Positions 34,335-46,209 of a stretch of 64,000 bases of DNA are shown here, piece after piece. The position numbers and the translations under genes were made by a program. The notes below the pieces were generated by a model. The model saw only the letters and a program-made list of their open reading frames with translations. It had not been told where the DNA came from and made no database searches. The first letter of the stretch is position 1; each line of letters begins with the position of its first letter. The stretch spans positions 310,001 through 374,000 of the forward strand of contig OZ025803.1 in the NCBI GenBank assembly GCA_964019425.1, read 5' to 3'. The DNA is from Flectonema sp. DT1601. Taxonomy: Eukaryota.

Positions 34335-34914
34335 TTAATCATCCTTCTTTGATGATACTTTCTCTTCTTCTTTTTCCCCTTCACCATCTTCTGCCAGTAT
34401 GAGGGAGAAGAACCTTTTTTTGTGTTTGGTTGGTTTTTTTAAAATATCTTTTTTAAATCTGACTTATACTGAACTGAATATGAAATTAAAAAGAATTGGC
34501 TTTATCTTCAACTATACAGAAAATAATGATATAACACTGTGATTTTTTGTTTGTGCACGAAACCGTGAACCGACTTAAACTGATAAAGCTAAAGGAGGTT
34601 TACGTGTGCTGCCAACATTCTTTTTCGTTCTTACAATACTTGTTAAATGCAAAAAATAAAAATACAAACCAATTTGTCGAAGCCACCAATCCAATATAAA
34701 AGAAGGTCATGATATACAGATGAATATTGTTTCTGTCTGCGAATATCATCACTGCCAGTACGAGACCGAGAATTGCAAAAATAACATTTAAAAAACTGCA
34801 CATCTCAGCAGTCAGGGAACTCCCTGGTGTCAGAATGTTTTGAACCACCTTTCCCATAAATCCGACAGGTGCCTCTTCCTCTTCTTGTTGCTGTTGTAGC
34901 TGTTTATCAGTCAT
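34335..34914 (-). CDS. PKR1: Pkr1-like ER membrane V-ATPase assembly factor; intron 34414-34669
   Basis: NILTPG, two TM helices with NIH between them, and NWF followed by a charged tail after splicing (WFFSLILAEDGEGEKEEEKVSSKKDD). Confidence 0.65.
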
Positions 34915-36398
34915 GTTTCTTATGTTTCTTTTTATCTGTTGGAAGAAACAAATAAGTATTAATTTCTGACTTCTGACTTCTCTCTCTCGACATGAAGTAT
35001 TAAATACCTATTTTGATAAGTATTATAAAATGAATATAAGAAATCATCCAAACAAGAGACACGGAATTCAATTGAACTTATCGATGGATAGAACACAACG
35101 ACGTGGCAGGACTAGTGAAGACAATGAAGACTAACATATCAACACAACAAGAGGGGTACGTGTGGGGAGGGTAATCACTTCTTTCAAAACACCTTTCTCA
35201 TATTCAGTTCTTCACTACTTGGGGGGACACACCGGGGAATGGACAAGCAAATAAAAAGACAGAAAATAAATGAAACACTTATACATCGTTATCGTTTTCT
35301 TTTTTTCACTTCTTTTTTTTTTTCTTCCACTTCTATCTCTTGATTCTGTTTCAGTATCGTTTCCTATTTCTTCAATTCTTTTTGAAAAGAGTTTTCTTTT
35401 TAGTTTTTCATATCCCGTTGTCAGAAAGTCATCCGAAATCGGGAAAACAACGTTTCTTTGTTTTTTACCATAGATCTTTGCGTTTGGTACTGTTTCTGTA
35501 CCTCACCGTGGAAGAACTACCAGCATGGTGAGTCAGCCTTCCATTTGATTTCTCTATTTTTTTATATTTTATTGAAAAACTAAAAAAAAAAAAGAAAACT
35601 ACTTTTCTTGCTTGCACGCCGCAATCGTAATCCAACAGCAACAATACATTACGGACAAGTGATATGTTCATAAAGTCATTATCGATACTTACGTGCTCCA
35701 CGTGGCATATTTCGATTGAGTGAAACCAGTGAAGGTGATAGGGACGTTGTGTTTCTTTAAAATAGCTCTTGTTCTGCCCGTGACAATGGGACAGAGTGAA
35801 GCAAAAAAAAAAAAAAAAAAAAATTGCGCCTCGTCGTCCTCCATAGCAAAGCCATTGTCGGTCCGCTTAATTCAAAAAAATTAAAAAAATCGGTTCTAAT
35901 GTTTCGGTTCTTGTGTCACGAAAACCCTGAAAAGACTTGAAATCAAAATAACGGCGTTTTCTCATAAAAGTTGAGTATCTGAAATAATGAATTTCACGAA
36001 GTCGAGTCACGAAGAAAAAAACGTGAGCAGAATTACAGCTATCGGGTATTGAAACAAACACCTGATGTCCTGTGATCAAGTGTTTATTTTATTTCGTTCT
36101 ATTGCTGCGGAGGAGTTCCAACGAAGTACCATCTCCAAATGACAGTACAATAAGCGATGTTCCTCACACGGATACCATGTTCGGGGAGTTGCTCGATAAC
36201 TTCCTAAGATGGTCAAAATAATGCGCACACAAGTACAACAGGCTGGAGTCAAAACAGAAACGCGTTCAGACGACTAAAAAACAATAAAAATAACGAAACG
36301 TGACGTGGCGAAGTGTGCAGCTTCGCAGGTCCCACAGCCCGAGCGACATCGAGTTTAGCAGTCCAGCAATGAGGTTTGATCACCTTCTCTGTTCGCTC

Positions 36399-37690
36399 TT
36401 AGTTGGTGTCGTCGTCATCTTCTTTTTTCGGCTTCTTGCCTGCCCCCGGCCGCCGAAGGGTCTCAACGTCGATCACCATCGGAGTCGGTGCTTCCTGTCC
36501 CCTTCTTCTATAGATCGTAACCTCTTGTTGCTTGAAGTACCTTTTTGTTATTTTTTGTTGTTTGACTTTCTGCTAATCCGCGGAAAAAATGATGAGCAAC
36601 AGTAAAAGGAATGAAATAAACAAACCTCTTACAATCTGCAGTAACAAGCACCAGGTTAACAAAGTATTTGACGGAGAAGATCCCATTTACTGAAATGTAA
36701 GTTGGAGTCAATCGAGGGATGCAGTTGAGGTAAAGACGAATTGGAACGACTTCTCCAGGTACAGGAAGCCCGTCCATAATTTCAAACTTTTGCAGCGTTT
36801 CTGTTTCAAATTGGTTCTTCTCTGCTGCTGATCCTCCGATATACTCCCTCCTGACAAGACTTACCTCTCCGCATTGGAGATCTAGTTTCGCAACCTTAAA
36901 GCCGACCTGTTTTGTATTTTGTTACTCGTTTCGGGAGTGATAGTTTGACAATGTAGAACTAGTAATAAACTTCGTATTAAATCCGAAAAATAACAGATGA
37001 GTGAAAAAGTATAATGCAAACCTGTCCGATGATTGTTTCCTTGCAGTGGAAGATCTTCTTCTCGTACTTGAATTCAATGTGAAGAACATCGTCGACACCG
37101 ACCTCCATTCCAACACCCTTTTGCATGTTTGCTTCTCTCTGGTAAGGTTTGTCTTCACTTCTGTCTTTCATGTCCTGGTATTGATTTTCAATTTTAGAAA
37201 CCCAAATTTCCTCCTCGAACTTGATATCCAACATCGATCTCTTAATTCTCAATCTGATGAAGTACTGAACCTTCGCACAGATCCCCCGGTAGCTCTCGTG
37301 GTTCTTAATCGCGTCGAAGTTGAATTTAATTGGGGTGACAGCACTCAGAACACCTCCTTCTTGCTGCATCTTTTGTTCTTGTCTTACGAATTCAGTCTTC
37401 TGCTCCTTGTCAGTGTTGGCAGTGATGACTCCGATGAACTCTAAAGTGATTCCAGAGTGAGTTAGTCTTCCACTTGGTCGCAGTTCTAGAGTACCTTCGA
37501 CAGGGTCTTCGTTGTTAAACATGTGCATCTTTTGTGTTGTTAAATCAGTTCTATCATCAACCGCTATCATATCATTCTCAGACTTTCCTTTAAACTGCAA
37601 TGAGATATCACATCCGTCAACTTTCTTCATCAACTTTGAGAGAAACCCTCCCTTCTTCTTCTCCTCAGGCGCCTTCTGTGACTGCAACAT
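36399..37690 (-). CDS. VPS26: Retromer subunit VPS26; introns 36907-37021, 36541-36625
   Basis: MEVGVDDVLHIEFKY, FEIMDGLPVPGEVVPIRLYL, FSVKYFVNLVL and RYFKQQEVTIYR. Confidence 0.93.
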
Positions 37691-37975
37691 TGTTGTCTAT
37701 TAAGAGACCTGTTGAGAGAGGAGTTATAAAATATGTTTCTTACTTGCGGTTGTAATACTGTTCCCATTCATTAGGTCTACCTGCTAAAATAGAAGTTATG
37801 GAAATCACTGAGAGCTAAACAGAAACAAGGTTTCGTCGGATTAAAAAAATCCAACACCGTCTAGAAAATGGGAAGGGCTTTTCCCACGAAACGCATTCGA
37901 AAGTTTCTTGCAAGTGTTGTGTGAACACACACAGCTTCCTGCAAGGTAGTTATACAAGTGTCTGTTGATCAGCTG

Positions 37976-38908
37976 TTATTGTACACGATGGATGCTGACG
38001 GGAGGATTCTTTGGGTTCCCAAAGAAACTAAAATGTTTCTTCGCCGTCTTTCTAAATAGCTTTCGACTCAACAAGAGATATGCGATGTCAAGTATCCGCT
38101 CTGCTTCTTTAATTAAAGAAGATTCGGGTTGGGCAAAGCAAAGCAGGTCAAGACCGACCTCGAGACCATGACCAAAGTCACATTCGTCATTTGCAATATC
38201 AACAAATCGATACAAGTCATCGAGTTCCTCGCGATCCTTCTTTCCGATCTTCCCGCTGAGTTCTTTTTTAAATAGTGTCTTCAATTCGCTGTTTTCAAAT
38301 CCTAACTCACGATAACCAACATCTGACTTAAAGGGGACAACAATCCCAAGTTTTGAAAAACAGGCCGCTAGCTGCTGCTTCTCCCTCTTTTTTAAGAGTT
38401 TCTTCAAATCGGCCTTCTTTTCCACTGGGAGTGATAATTCCTTCATTGCTGTTTCGCAGTAGATCTGTTGCATCGATCCATCTTCAGAAAGTCTGGAGAG
38501 TACTGATAACAGAGAACTTCCTTCGATTGAGAAGGTGTACTCATTCTGGTCACCTTTTACGACATTAACGGGAAGAGTCTTTTCCGAATCTCTGAAGTAC
38601 CCGAAGTGTGTTTTGGGTCTGTTTGTTGTAGAATCAGTGAGTACGGTCATTACTTCTGGGGGATCATACTTGTATCTCCATTGCATGTGGAGGTCAACAC
38701 TTGAGTCTAAGTCTCCGTTTAAAACTTCGAAAGGCCCGACTAATCTAACTCCAGCAGACTCACTGAACGCCTCTAGCGGACTCTTTGAATTCAGTTCCTT
38801 TGCGATCTTATAAATCCGAGAGATCTCCTCTGGCATCTCCATCTCATAGGCGTCCTTCAGAGTCAGCGTATCATCTGAAGGCTGTTCGTGACCTTTCTTT
38901 GGAGGCAT
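37976..38908 (-). CDS. HPF1: Histone PARylation factor 1
   Basis: LVGPFEVL, WRYKYDPPEVMTV, HFGYFRD, GIVVP...VGYREL and ANDECDFGHGLEVGLDL, which retains the catalytic NDEC motif. Confidence 0.88.
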   Translation of the reverse strand: MPPKKGHEQPSDDTLTLKDAYEMEMPEEISRIYKIAKELNSKSPLEAFSESAGVRLVGPFEVLNGDLDSSVDLHMQWRYKYDPPEVMTVLTDSTTNRPKTHFGYFRDSEKTLPVNVVKGDQNEYTFSIEGSSLLSVLSRLSEDGSMQQIYCETAMKELSLPVEKKADLKKLLKKREKQQLAACFSKLGIVVPFKSDVGYRELGFENSELKTLFKKELSGKIGKKDREELDDLYRFVDIANDECDFGHGLEVGLDLLCFAQPESSLIKEAERILDIAYLLLSRKLFRKTAKKHFSFFGNPKNPPVSIHRVQ

Positions 38909-39748
38909 TTCTTTTTGTCGAAGGGTCTGTTGGGATAAATGAAAGTAATTTCATCAGTATACACAGTCAGGGATTATCATAAAATAGAGAACTGAATTCT
39001 CTTTTTTTCTAAGAGAAATCAAATGAATGCGTAAAGAATGAATTAATAAAATCACTTTTTTAGGATAATTTTTTTTTTCCCCCTTCCCTACTTTAGAAAT
39101 TTCTTCAAAAGTTGTTATAAAAGTAATTTAAAAAAAAAAAAAAAAAACAACAACAACAACTTCGTGTTTGTAGCCCTCAGAGAAGGCACTCTAATCAAGT
39201 CCAGTGGAGAAAGCTATCCTTCAGATACTGTTAAGCATTGTGCCATTTTAGAAATAAATTAAAAAAAAGCGCCTAATAAGTGCTGGGCACTGCCATAACT
39301 GTATTGATTTAGATGTTAGAAACTGTACTACTCTAACGTATCAGTTTCACACTAATTATTTTCGAAAGGTTGCCGATTGTATGTTTCTTACCGTCCGGTC
39401 TACAAACAGCCTTCTAAGGTGAGTATACAAAGTATGTTAGTCACCAGATGGAACACATAAAATCAGAAAAAAATGTTTGTTGTTTTTGTTTGTTATTTAC
39501 AATCGGGAAGGGAATGGGATGGTGTAACGAGTTGGGGGATGGGGATTGTTTTTAAAAAAAAAAAAAAAAAAATACTTCATTCTTATCACACGACACACGA
39601 CAATTTAGAAAAAATAAACCGGCCAGAAATGCCATCAAATTCTTAAAAATCGAAGTAATCTAAAATACCAATTACTACTCCCAACTGATGTCTTTATTAG
39701 AAATTAGACTTCCGAAACTAAAGTACTGTCCGATGACTTGCATCTGAC

Positions 39749-41862
39749 TTACGGTGATGTTAATTTATCTTTATCAATCTGTTTGTTGTTAATGAGTAAG
39801 GAATGATATTTCGTTAAAAAACAAAAGTAAACAACTTTCATACTCTCCATATAAATATTCCGCCTTCTTCACCAACAGAGACAACGTGATTACCGTCTGG
39901 GCTGAACTTAGCTTTTTGGATATTGCCAGAGTGACCTAACCCAACCTGTTTGTTTTATTGTTTTCGTCACATTCACAAATAGTTTGTTGTACAGAGTTCA
40001 CAAACACAAACCTGAACAACACAACCCTCATCATAATTCCACAACTTCAGTACTTTGTCAGCACCTCCTGTTATGTAAAGTCTACCGTCAGGACTAATGT
40101 CTAAAGTGTAGATCTCACCAACTTTGGATCCTTCTAATTCTCTGATTGCACTGCACTCAAATGCATCCCAATACGTAACCTTCTTATCACTTCCAGTTGT
40201 TAATATTTGACTCTCGTCTGGGAAGTAATGAGTTGCCTGTTTTATGTTTTGTTTGTAGTAGCCTGCTGTGAACTAAAACATAAAACATAAATCACAACAT
40301 CAAATACTGTAGTAACATACCTTAAAGTAAGTTTGTGCGTACATGATACCCCTTCTCATGAAGCGGTTCAGATCCCAAACGATGCAACTGCCGTCATCGG
40401 AGGCGCTGACGCATTCCATGTCTGTTCCTCTGATACAAATATCGTTAACGGTTGCCTTGTGTTCTTTCATACTCGCTTCCATCGTCTGTGAGGATGGTGA
40501 AATCCTCCAAACTCTAACTTGAGAGTCAGCACCTCCACTTAGAAGTCTCTGATTGTTATTATCAACACAAAGTGCTGTGACACCAGTTAATGAACCTGAC
40601 ACTCTCTTCATCCCTTGAGTCTTGTGAGCATCGTGGATCACGTAGAGGAGTTTTCCTGATTCCGGCCCGAAGGCGCGAATCTTACCATCACTCCATCCAG
40701 AGACTATGGTCCTTCCATCTTTCGTAAAGGCAACAGCGTTGCATTCTAAATTAGCAACTTGAATACGAAGCAGCTCTTGTGATGTCCGAGCGTTCCATAT
40801 TCTGATATCGTGATTACTGCAAGTAGCAAATAGCTCGCTGTACCCAAACGGGTACGCCACGTCGTTGATACGTTCGAAGTGACAAGTCTGACGAAGCTCT
40901 TCCTTAAAAGTTCTCGCATTCAAATAGTAAACATTACTACGAGATGTTCCAATGAAATAATGATCTCCGTGAGCGTCTACACTAGTGACTGCTCCCTGTA
41001 GACGAATTACTTTTAGAACACGCAAATCTTCTTGAGAGAGGAGTGCTACTTCGCCTCCACCAGAACCAACTAAAAGCATGTTGTTGTCGACAATTGTACA
41101 GCAGAAGACCCCCTGAATTAAGTTTTTAGCAGGTCCGGTGAACTTAAATGACGCGGGTTCCCCTAACTGTACGCACATCAAGTCTCCAGTTGTGGTACCA
41201 ACGAAAGCGTAGCTGTCGGTCGGTTCGATAACAATCGTTCGGCAGACTCGTCGAATGGATCCCAAATTCACATCCGTTGGATGAATCTTTCGATTCACGG
41301 GATCGATGTCCCAAACTCTGAGGGCACCTTGTCCTCCGGTTACTAGTTTTGTGTTATTTTTATTAAAGAAGGCGATGCAAAGGGAGAGGTCTGACGACGC
41401 TGGACCACCACAAAGAGGTCTTCCAGTACTGAGATCCCAAACTACCAGTGTGTTGTCATCCTGTCCTCCCAGGGAAGCGAGATAGGCCTCGTCATGTGAG
41501 AATGCGAGGGCCTGAACTTTTACTTTGTGAAGAGTCATACGAAATATCAGTTTTCTTGTTGGGTATTCAAAAACACAAATATCTGCCTGAAATCCCATAT
41601 GAGTTGTCTGACCGGAAGCGATGTATTGTCCAGACTTAGAAATCGCAACGCAGTTGACGCGATCACTGTGTCCCAAAAGGAACTCATTAGCACGGGGGTT
41701 TCCAATTTCACGAACAACCAAACATGACCCCAGCGTGTATATTAAATGTTCGCCGTCCGGGTGAATGTGCATCCCACTCGCTACATTTCCTCCAAACCCA
41801 ACAACTGATTCCAGTGTTAGTCGAGGAGCCTTTGATACATCCAAATTTAAATTGGTCGCCAT
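39749..41862 (-). CDS. CFAP52: Cilia/flagella-associated WD40 protein CFAP52 (WDR16); introns 40237-40320, 39946-40011 and probably 39779-39843
   Basis: LESVVGFGG, FLLGHSD, SGQTTHMGFQAD, LASLGGQDD, ELLRIQV, SGWSDGKIRAFGPESG and GHSG...FSPDG. The last intron is less certain (alternative stop at 39838-39840). Confidence 0.9.
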
Positions 41863-42558
41863 GTTGTCGCCTTTTCTTTGATGTCAACAGTCGAGTTGTG
41901 TTGTTTCGAACACCGACTGGCAGCGGCTGATGAGAAATATAATTGAAAACACTAACAAACTTGAAACTAAATCTGTTTTATTACTACCAGTTCTTTAACT
42001 ACTGATTGCTACTGGTCTTCCTTTATTTCAAAAAAAAGTTATACTTTCTTTTGATATGGTATTACAGGTAGAGGTCGAGTTTATTATAAGATAGTGCGCG
42101 AATTATTAATATTAAAAAAAAAAAAACACACTCTCGGTAGTAACATAAGCACGAGGGGATTATTTTCCAAAGCAAATTGCTTTGGGGGGGAACAGGGGGA
42201 AGGTTTTACACGCACAGTACTCGAACGAACGAAAATAAATACCTTTGAAGAAAAGTTCTTACATTTTAAAGTTTATTTCTTAAGTCCGGGAAGACACGAC
42301 AAATGGATAATTACTTCGACCGATGGGATTGCTATTCTTGTTTGAAAAAGTCTAGTTGCCCACTACTGTACTCATCGTACAACGTTAGTAAATTAAAACC
42401 GAAAATACTTCTCTCTGGATGTGAGAGGTAGTTAAAACATGTTTGAAAATTATTTCTGCAACGAGACTGCGGTATCAGCACGAAGTGAACGAACAGAGCC
42501 CAGTGAAGGCGCGCGAATATCATTTAGAATACGTTAGCGACAAGAAAACTCCTTCAGC

Positions 42559-44046
42559 TTAGTCAGACTTGGTACAAAGGGGCGCTGCAAATCCACCGTT
42601 GGCATCGGCGACTTCTTTGAGTGACTTGCAGTTGTCGTAACCTCCCGAGGAGTTGGTTTGGAAGGCACCCGCGACATAGTTCGCTAGTTTTGCCTTCATA
42701 GCTTGTTGTCTCTCCGGGTATTGTTTTGACAATTCGTGGTGTTCTGTTGGGTCTGTAGCGATATTAAAAAGACAACCATCTTCAGGACATCCAGGGTCTT
42801 CTTCTAGTGGTTCGTGATTGTTATCAATCGGCCACACAGGTCCAGTCCAATAACCACAGCCTTGGTTGTTGCAGTATGAAGTGTTGTGTGATTGTGAAAC
42901 ATATTTCCAATCCCCGTCGATGTATGAGTTACTCGATAATACGATATCACTTGCTGGGCGGGTAGCATTTACTTTGGTGAAGTACTCTCTGAGATCGAAT
43001 CCATCAGTTGGAGGGAGTCCTTCAATTACATCACCACATTCTTCAAATGATTGACCCGACATCATACAAACACTTGAATGTAAATCTGCTAAATGCATTG
43101 GTGAGTAAACAGTTGTTCCCCTCAGTTCTGGTGCCAGCATACCTCCAGTTGCAAATGCAGCCGCTCGCACGCCACCTTCAAAGTCAGTTCCCTTTCCACC
43201 TCTGTATGGATAGTTATTAGCTGACCAGTATTGAGGACCTCCATTATCAGATGCCCAAAACAATAAAGTGTCATTCCACATTCCCTTCGCTTTCAGTGCT
43301 CTGGTGACGTTCATCGTAGCGTCAGCAACGCAGCTCAACATTGCCTGCATGATCTTACGAGGCTTGTAGTCGACGCTCGGATCCTCGTATTCAGGGCGGT
43401 CCTCGTAAGGTGCATGAGTATCGTGAAATGGTAAGTAAAGAAATAGTGGGGTTTCTGCATCGTGATTCATAACAATATCAACAGCCTGTCTTCCATATAA
43501 GAAGCAAGAGTAGGTACCATTTCTTCCATGAGCTGGGCCTTCGTTATTCCACAAATCAACGTAATTCTGTGTTTCGTAACATTTCTGTGTGTTGTGATCC
43601 TCACCTCCTGATAAGAACCCAAGATGGTAATCAAATCCTCTGTTAATTGGAAGGTTTGCATTACTGCGAGCTCCACAGTGCCACTTTCCAACCATTGCAG
43701 TCTTGTATCCAGCCTTCTTCATTTTCTCTGGGAGAAGCTTCATTCGCAAGTCAATCCCTCCCACAACTCCAACTCCCTTAGGGTTACCCTGATTCACATG
43801 AATAGGAAATCTTCCGCTCAGTAAACTGCTTCTTGTCGGGCTGCAAAACTTATACGTGTAAAACCTGTCGAATATTGCTCCCTCTGTCTCAACTAACTCT
43901 TTGAGACCTGAATCCATTGTTTGTTTTGGATTGTACCAAGGAACGTTATTCCTCCCTAAGTCATCAACTAGCGCGACTATAATGTGAGGGGCCTTTGCTG
44001 CTGCGGTAGTGGCCCCCAACAGCACGAGAATCGCATTTCTTAACAT
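42559..44046 (-). CDS. Secreted arylsulfatase B-like sulfatase (S1 family), intronless
   Basis: Signal peptide from ATG 44046 (MLRNAILVLLGATTAAA) after TTTATAG; VDDLG, CSPTRSSLLSGRF, GKWH, SDNGG and GKGTDFEGG. Confidence 0.92.
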   Translation of the reverse strand: MLRNAILVLLGATTAAAKAPHIIVALVDDLGRNNVPWYNPKQTMDSGLKELVETEGAIFDRFYTYKFCSPTRSSLLSGRFPIHVNQGNPKGVGVVGGIDLRMKLLPEKMKKAGYKTAMVGKWHCGARSNANLPINRGFDYHLGFLSGGEDHNTQKCYETQNYVDLWNNEGPAHGRNGTYSCFLYGRQAVDIVMNHDAETPLFLYLPFHDTHAPYEDRPEYEDPSVDYKPRKIMQAMLSCVADATMNVTRALKAKGMWNDTLLFWASDNGGPQYWSANNYPYRGGKGTDFEGGVRAAAFATGGMLAPELRGTTVYSPMHLADLHSSVCMMSGQSFEECGDVIEGLPPTDGFDLREYFTKVNATRPASDIVLSSNSYIDGDWKYVSQSHNTSYCNNQGCGYWTGPVWPIDNNHEPLEEDPGCPEDGCLFNIATDPTEHHELSKQYPERQQAMKAKLANYVAGAFQTNSSGGYDNCKSLKEVADANGGFAAPLCTKSD

Positions 44047-44908
44047 GTTTCCTATAAAAGTATTTGTAAATGAACTGATCAAGTTTTCGTTGCGGTGGTT
44101 TCGGTTTCTCTCTGAACATGTGAACACTCTTTTTTTAGATTGTTTCCCTCGTGCTGTATTGGAAAGTACATATTTTAAACAACCCAACCCACATACGCAT
44201 TCACAAGTTACAACGATACCGGCCATCCAGTACCTGAAAAGATGCGGCCGATAATCCAGGCAACGTAAAAGTTACCCTCAGTTTTTCATTTCCGTTCCTC
44301 GTTCTTGCCAGGAGGAAAAACAAGATTATCCCTTGGCAGACGGGAGAGAGTGGGCAGGGGAGGGGGTGAGCACCCCTGACTTCGCATTATTATTTAAAAA
44401 AATCGTCAAATAAAAAACCCAATTAGATACAAAAAAGAAAAAAAAAAAGAAAGGGAGGACAAACAGTTTCTACTTATGACAGATATCAGGAAAAGTAGTT
44501 TATTCTTTGATGTACTTTGTCATAATTAGGATTGTGTCCTCGTGAAATCACAAGCTTGATTCTCATCGTACATTTAAAAGAAAACATCAGAAGATGCTCT
44601 CCTAACTACAACCGATAAGAAAACAAGTCAAGGGATAAACAAACATTTGTTTTATAAAGTATTTCTTCTTTTCTTCTTTGAAACCCTTTTTCAGGGCAAC
44701 ACGATCGAACAACAAAAGACTCACAAGTCGTGAATGCCTACCGTAACCAGTAACAGTATGATTATATGATATTATTAGGGCGAACAACGTGGCTGTTAAG
44801 ACCTTACCAACAGTGTTTTCTTGAAGTACACCTCAGTGATGCTGTTATCATCACAGCTATAGAAACACTACAACAAGACATATCACCAAGCCAACTCTCT
44901 TTTGGATA

Positions 44909-45966
44909 TCACGCGACAGTAACGGCCATTTCCGGATCAATTTTCTGGACTGACCAGGGAGCGCTGTTGGTTATTATTCTGAGTTGTCATTCTGACGCAA
45001 AAAATAATTCAATGCGATTAGTTGATGCGATTACTTAATTACTTACTTAAACATACTAAAGTAAATATAATTACAAACCTGATTGGCATTGTTCTTTTTG
45101 ACTTCGCTGACCAGGTGTAGATGGGTTTTAGTTTCTTCTCCACCTTACCAGTTGTTTCTCGTAGTGGCTCCATTGGCATATGAACTGGGTACCTCCCAAA
45201 TGTGTTTTGAATATTTGCTCGTAGGTTGGTTCTCATTTTCGCAACAGTCTTGTCGGTCCTCTTTTCAAGCGGCAAGTTTGTGATTCGAGCGCCTTTATAA
45301 ATATGCGGGTCAAAGACGGATCCACCCTTCCCACAGTTCATTCGAAATGGGTTTCCACGATCACGAGATTGCTCGCCACCGTCGCTCATGTGACGAAAAG
45401 ATGAAAACTTGTCGCATCCCTTGCCAGCTCGAAAGTGTTTGCCGCTCCCATTTGGGAGTTCCCTACCGCAGGGACCAAGAGGTTCGTATGGTAGTCGTGA
45501 AAACAAACCTCCTTTAGCATTAGTCGTCCAGGGCTTATCAGTTCTGGAACGTTCTTGAGGAGGTTGTGGAACTGTATCAAATCTAAGAGGTTCTCCTCCA
45601 CATCCCCATTCTCTTCTATTTGATTGTGAACAATTAAGTCTTCCTCCATCTTTTCGAAGGAGGAATCGAGGATTAGGATTTAGATACGGGTCGTCTGTTT
45701 TATGGATGTCAGGTTGGAACTGACCCTCCGCTCTCAAGTCGTGAAATGGACAACTCTCCTTCTGTCGTGTTTCAGCATCCCACTTTCTAAAAGGGTAATA
45801 CACATCCCTGTTGAATGATGCCCAGTGAGGGAGACCGTCGCGATGCTGCGGCTGTTTTGGGTGACATTTCGATGAGCCAACAGCTAATTTATTTCATAAG
45901 AGAAAACAAAAAGAAACATTAACATACAGCGCAGTGTACCCTCGACTCAAAACGCCCCTCCGTCAT
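44909..45966 (-). CDS. Basic Pro/Gly-rich protein, possibly CFAP96/C4orf47-like; introns 45852-45927, 44964-45078
   Basis: The spliced model gives MTEGRFESRVHCA-PQHRDG...VYYPFRK...TFGRYPVHMP...KSKRTMPISAPW. The C-terminus weakly resembles UPF0602 proteins. Confidence 0.55.
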
Positions 45967-46209
45967 GTTAGTACTTTATAATCCCCCCTCCCACTAAGCG
46001 TTCCTGTTTTGAAGAAGAATAATCACCGCGACAAACCAACAGCCGTACAGCTTTCAGAAATCGAATATCAGAAATAATAATATTTTGACTGTCGGAGAAA
46101 TTGATATTCTCCGAAGACAGAATTAGTTAATCTGAATCACGACAATGTGAAATAGTATTGCGCGATTCGTAAGTACGATAAGCAGTCACCACCAACAAGA
46201 CCTTTTACC

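Noticed and set aside
46089..46120. Small hairpin CTGTCGGAGAA...TTCTCCGAAGACAG downstream of the PPR gene
   Set aside because: A single short stem with no supporting context.
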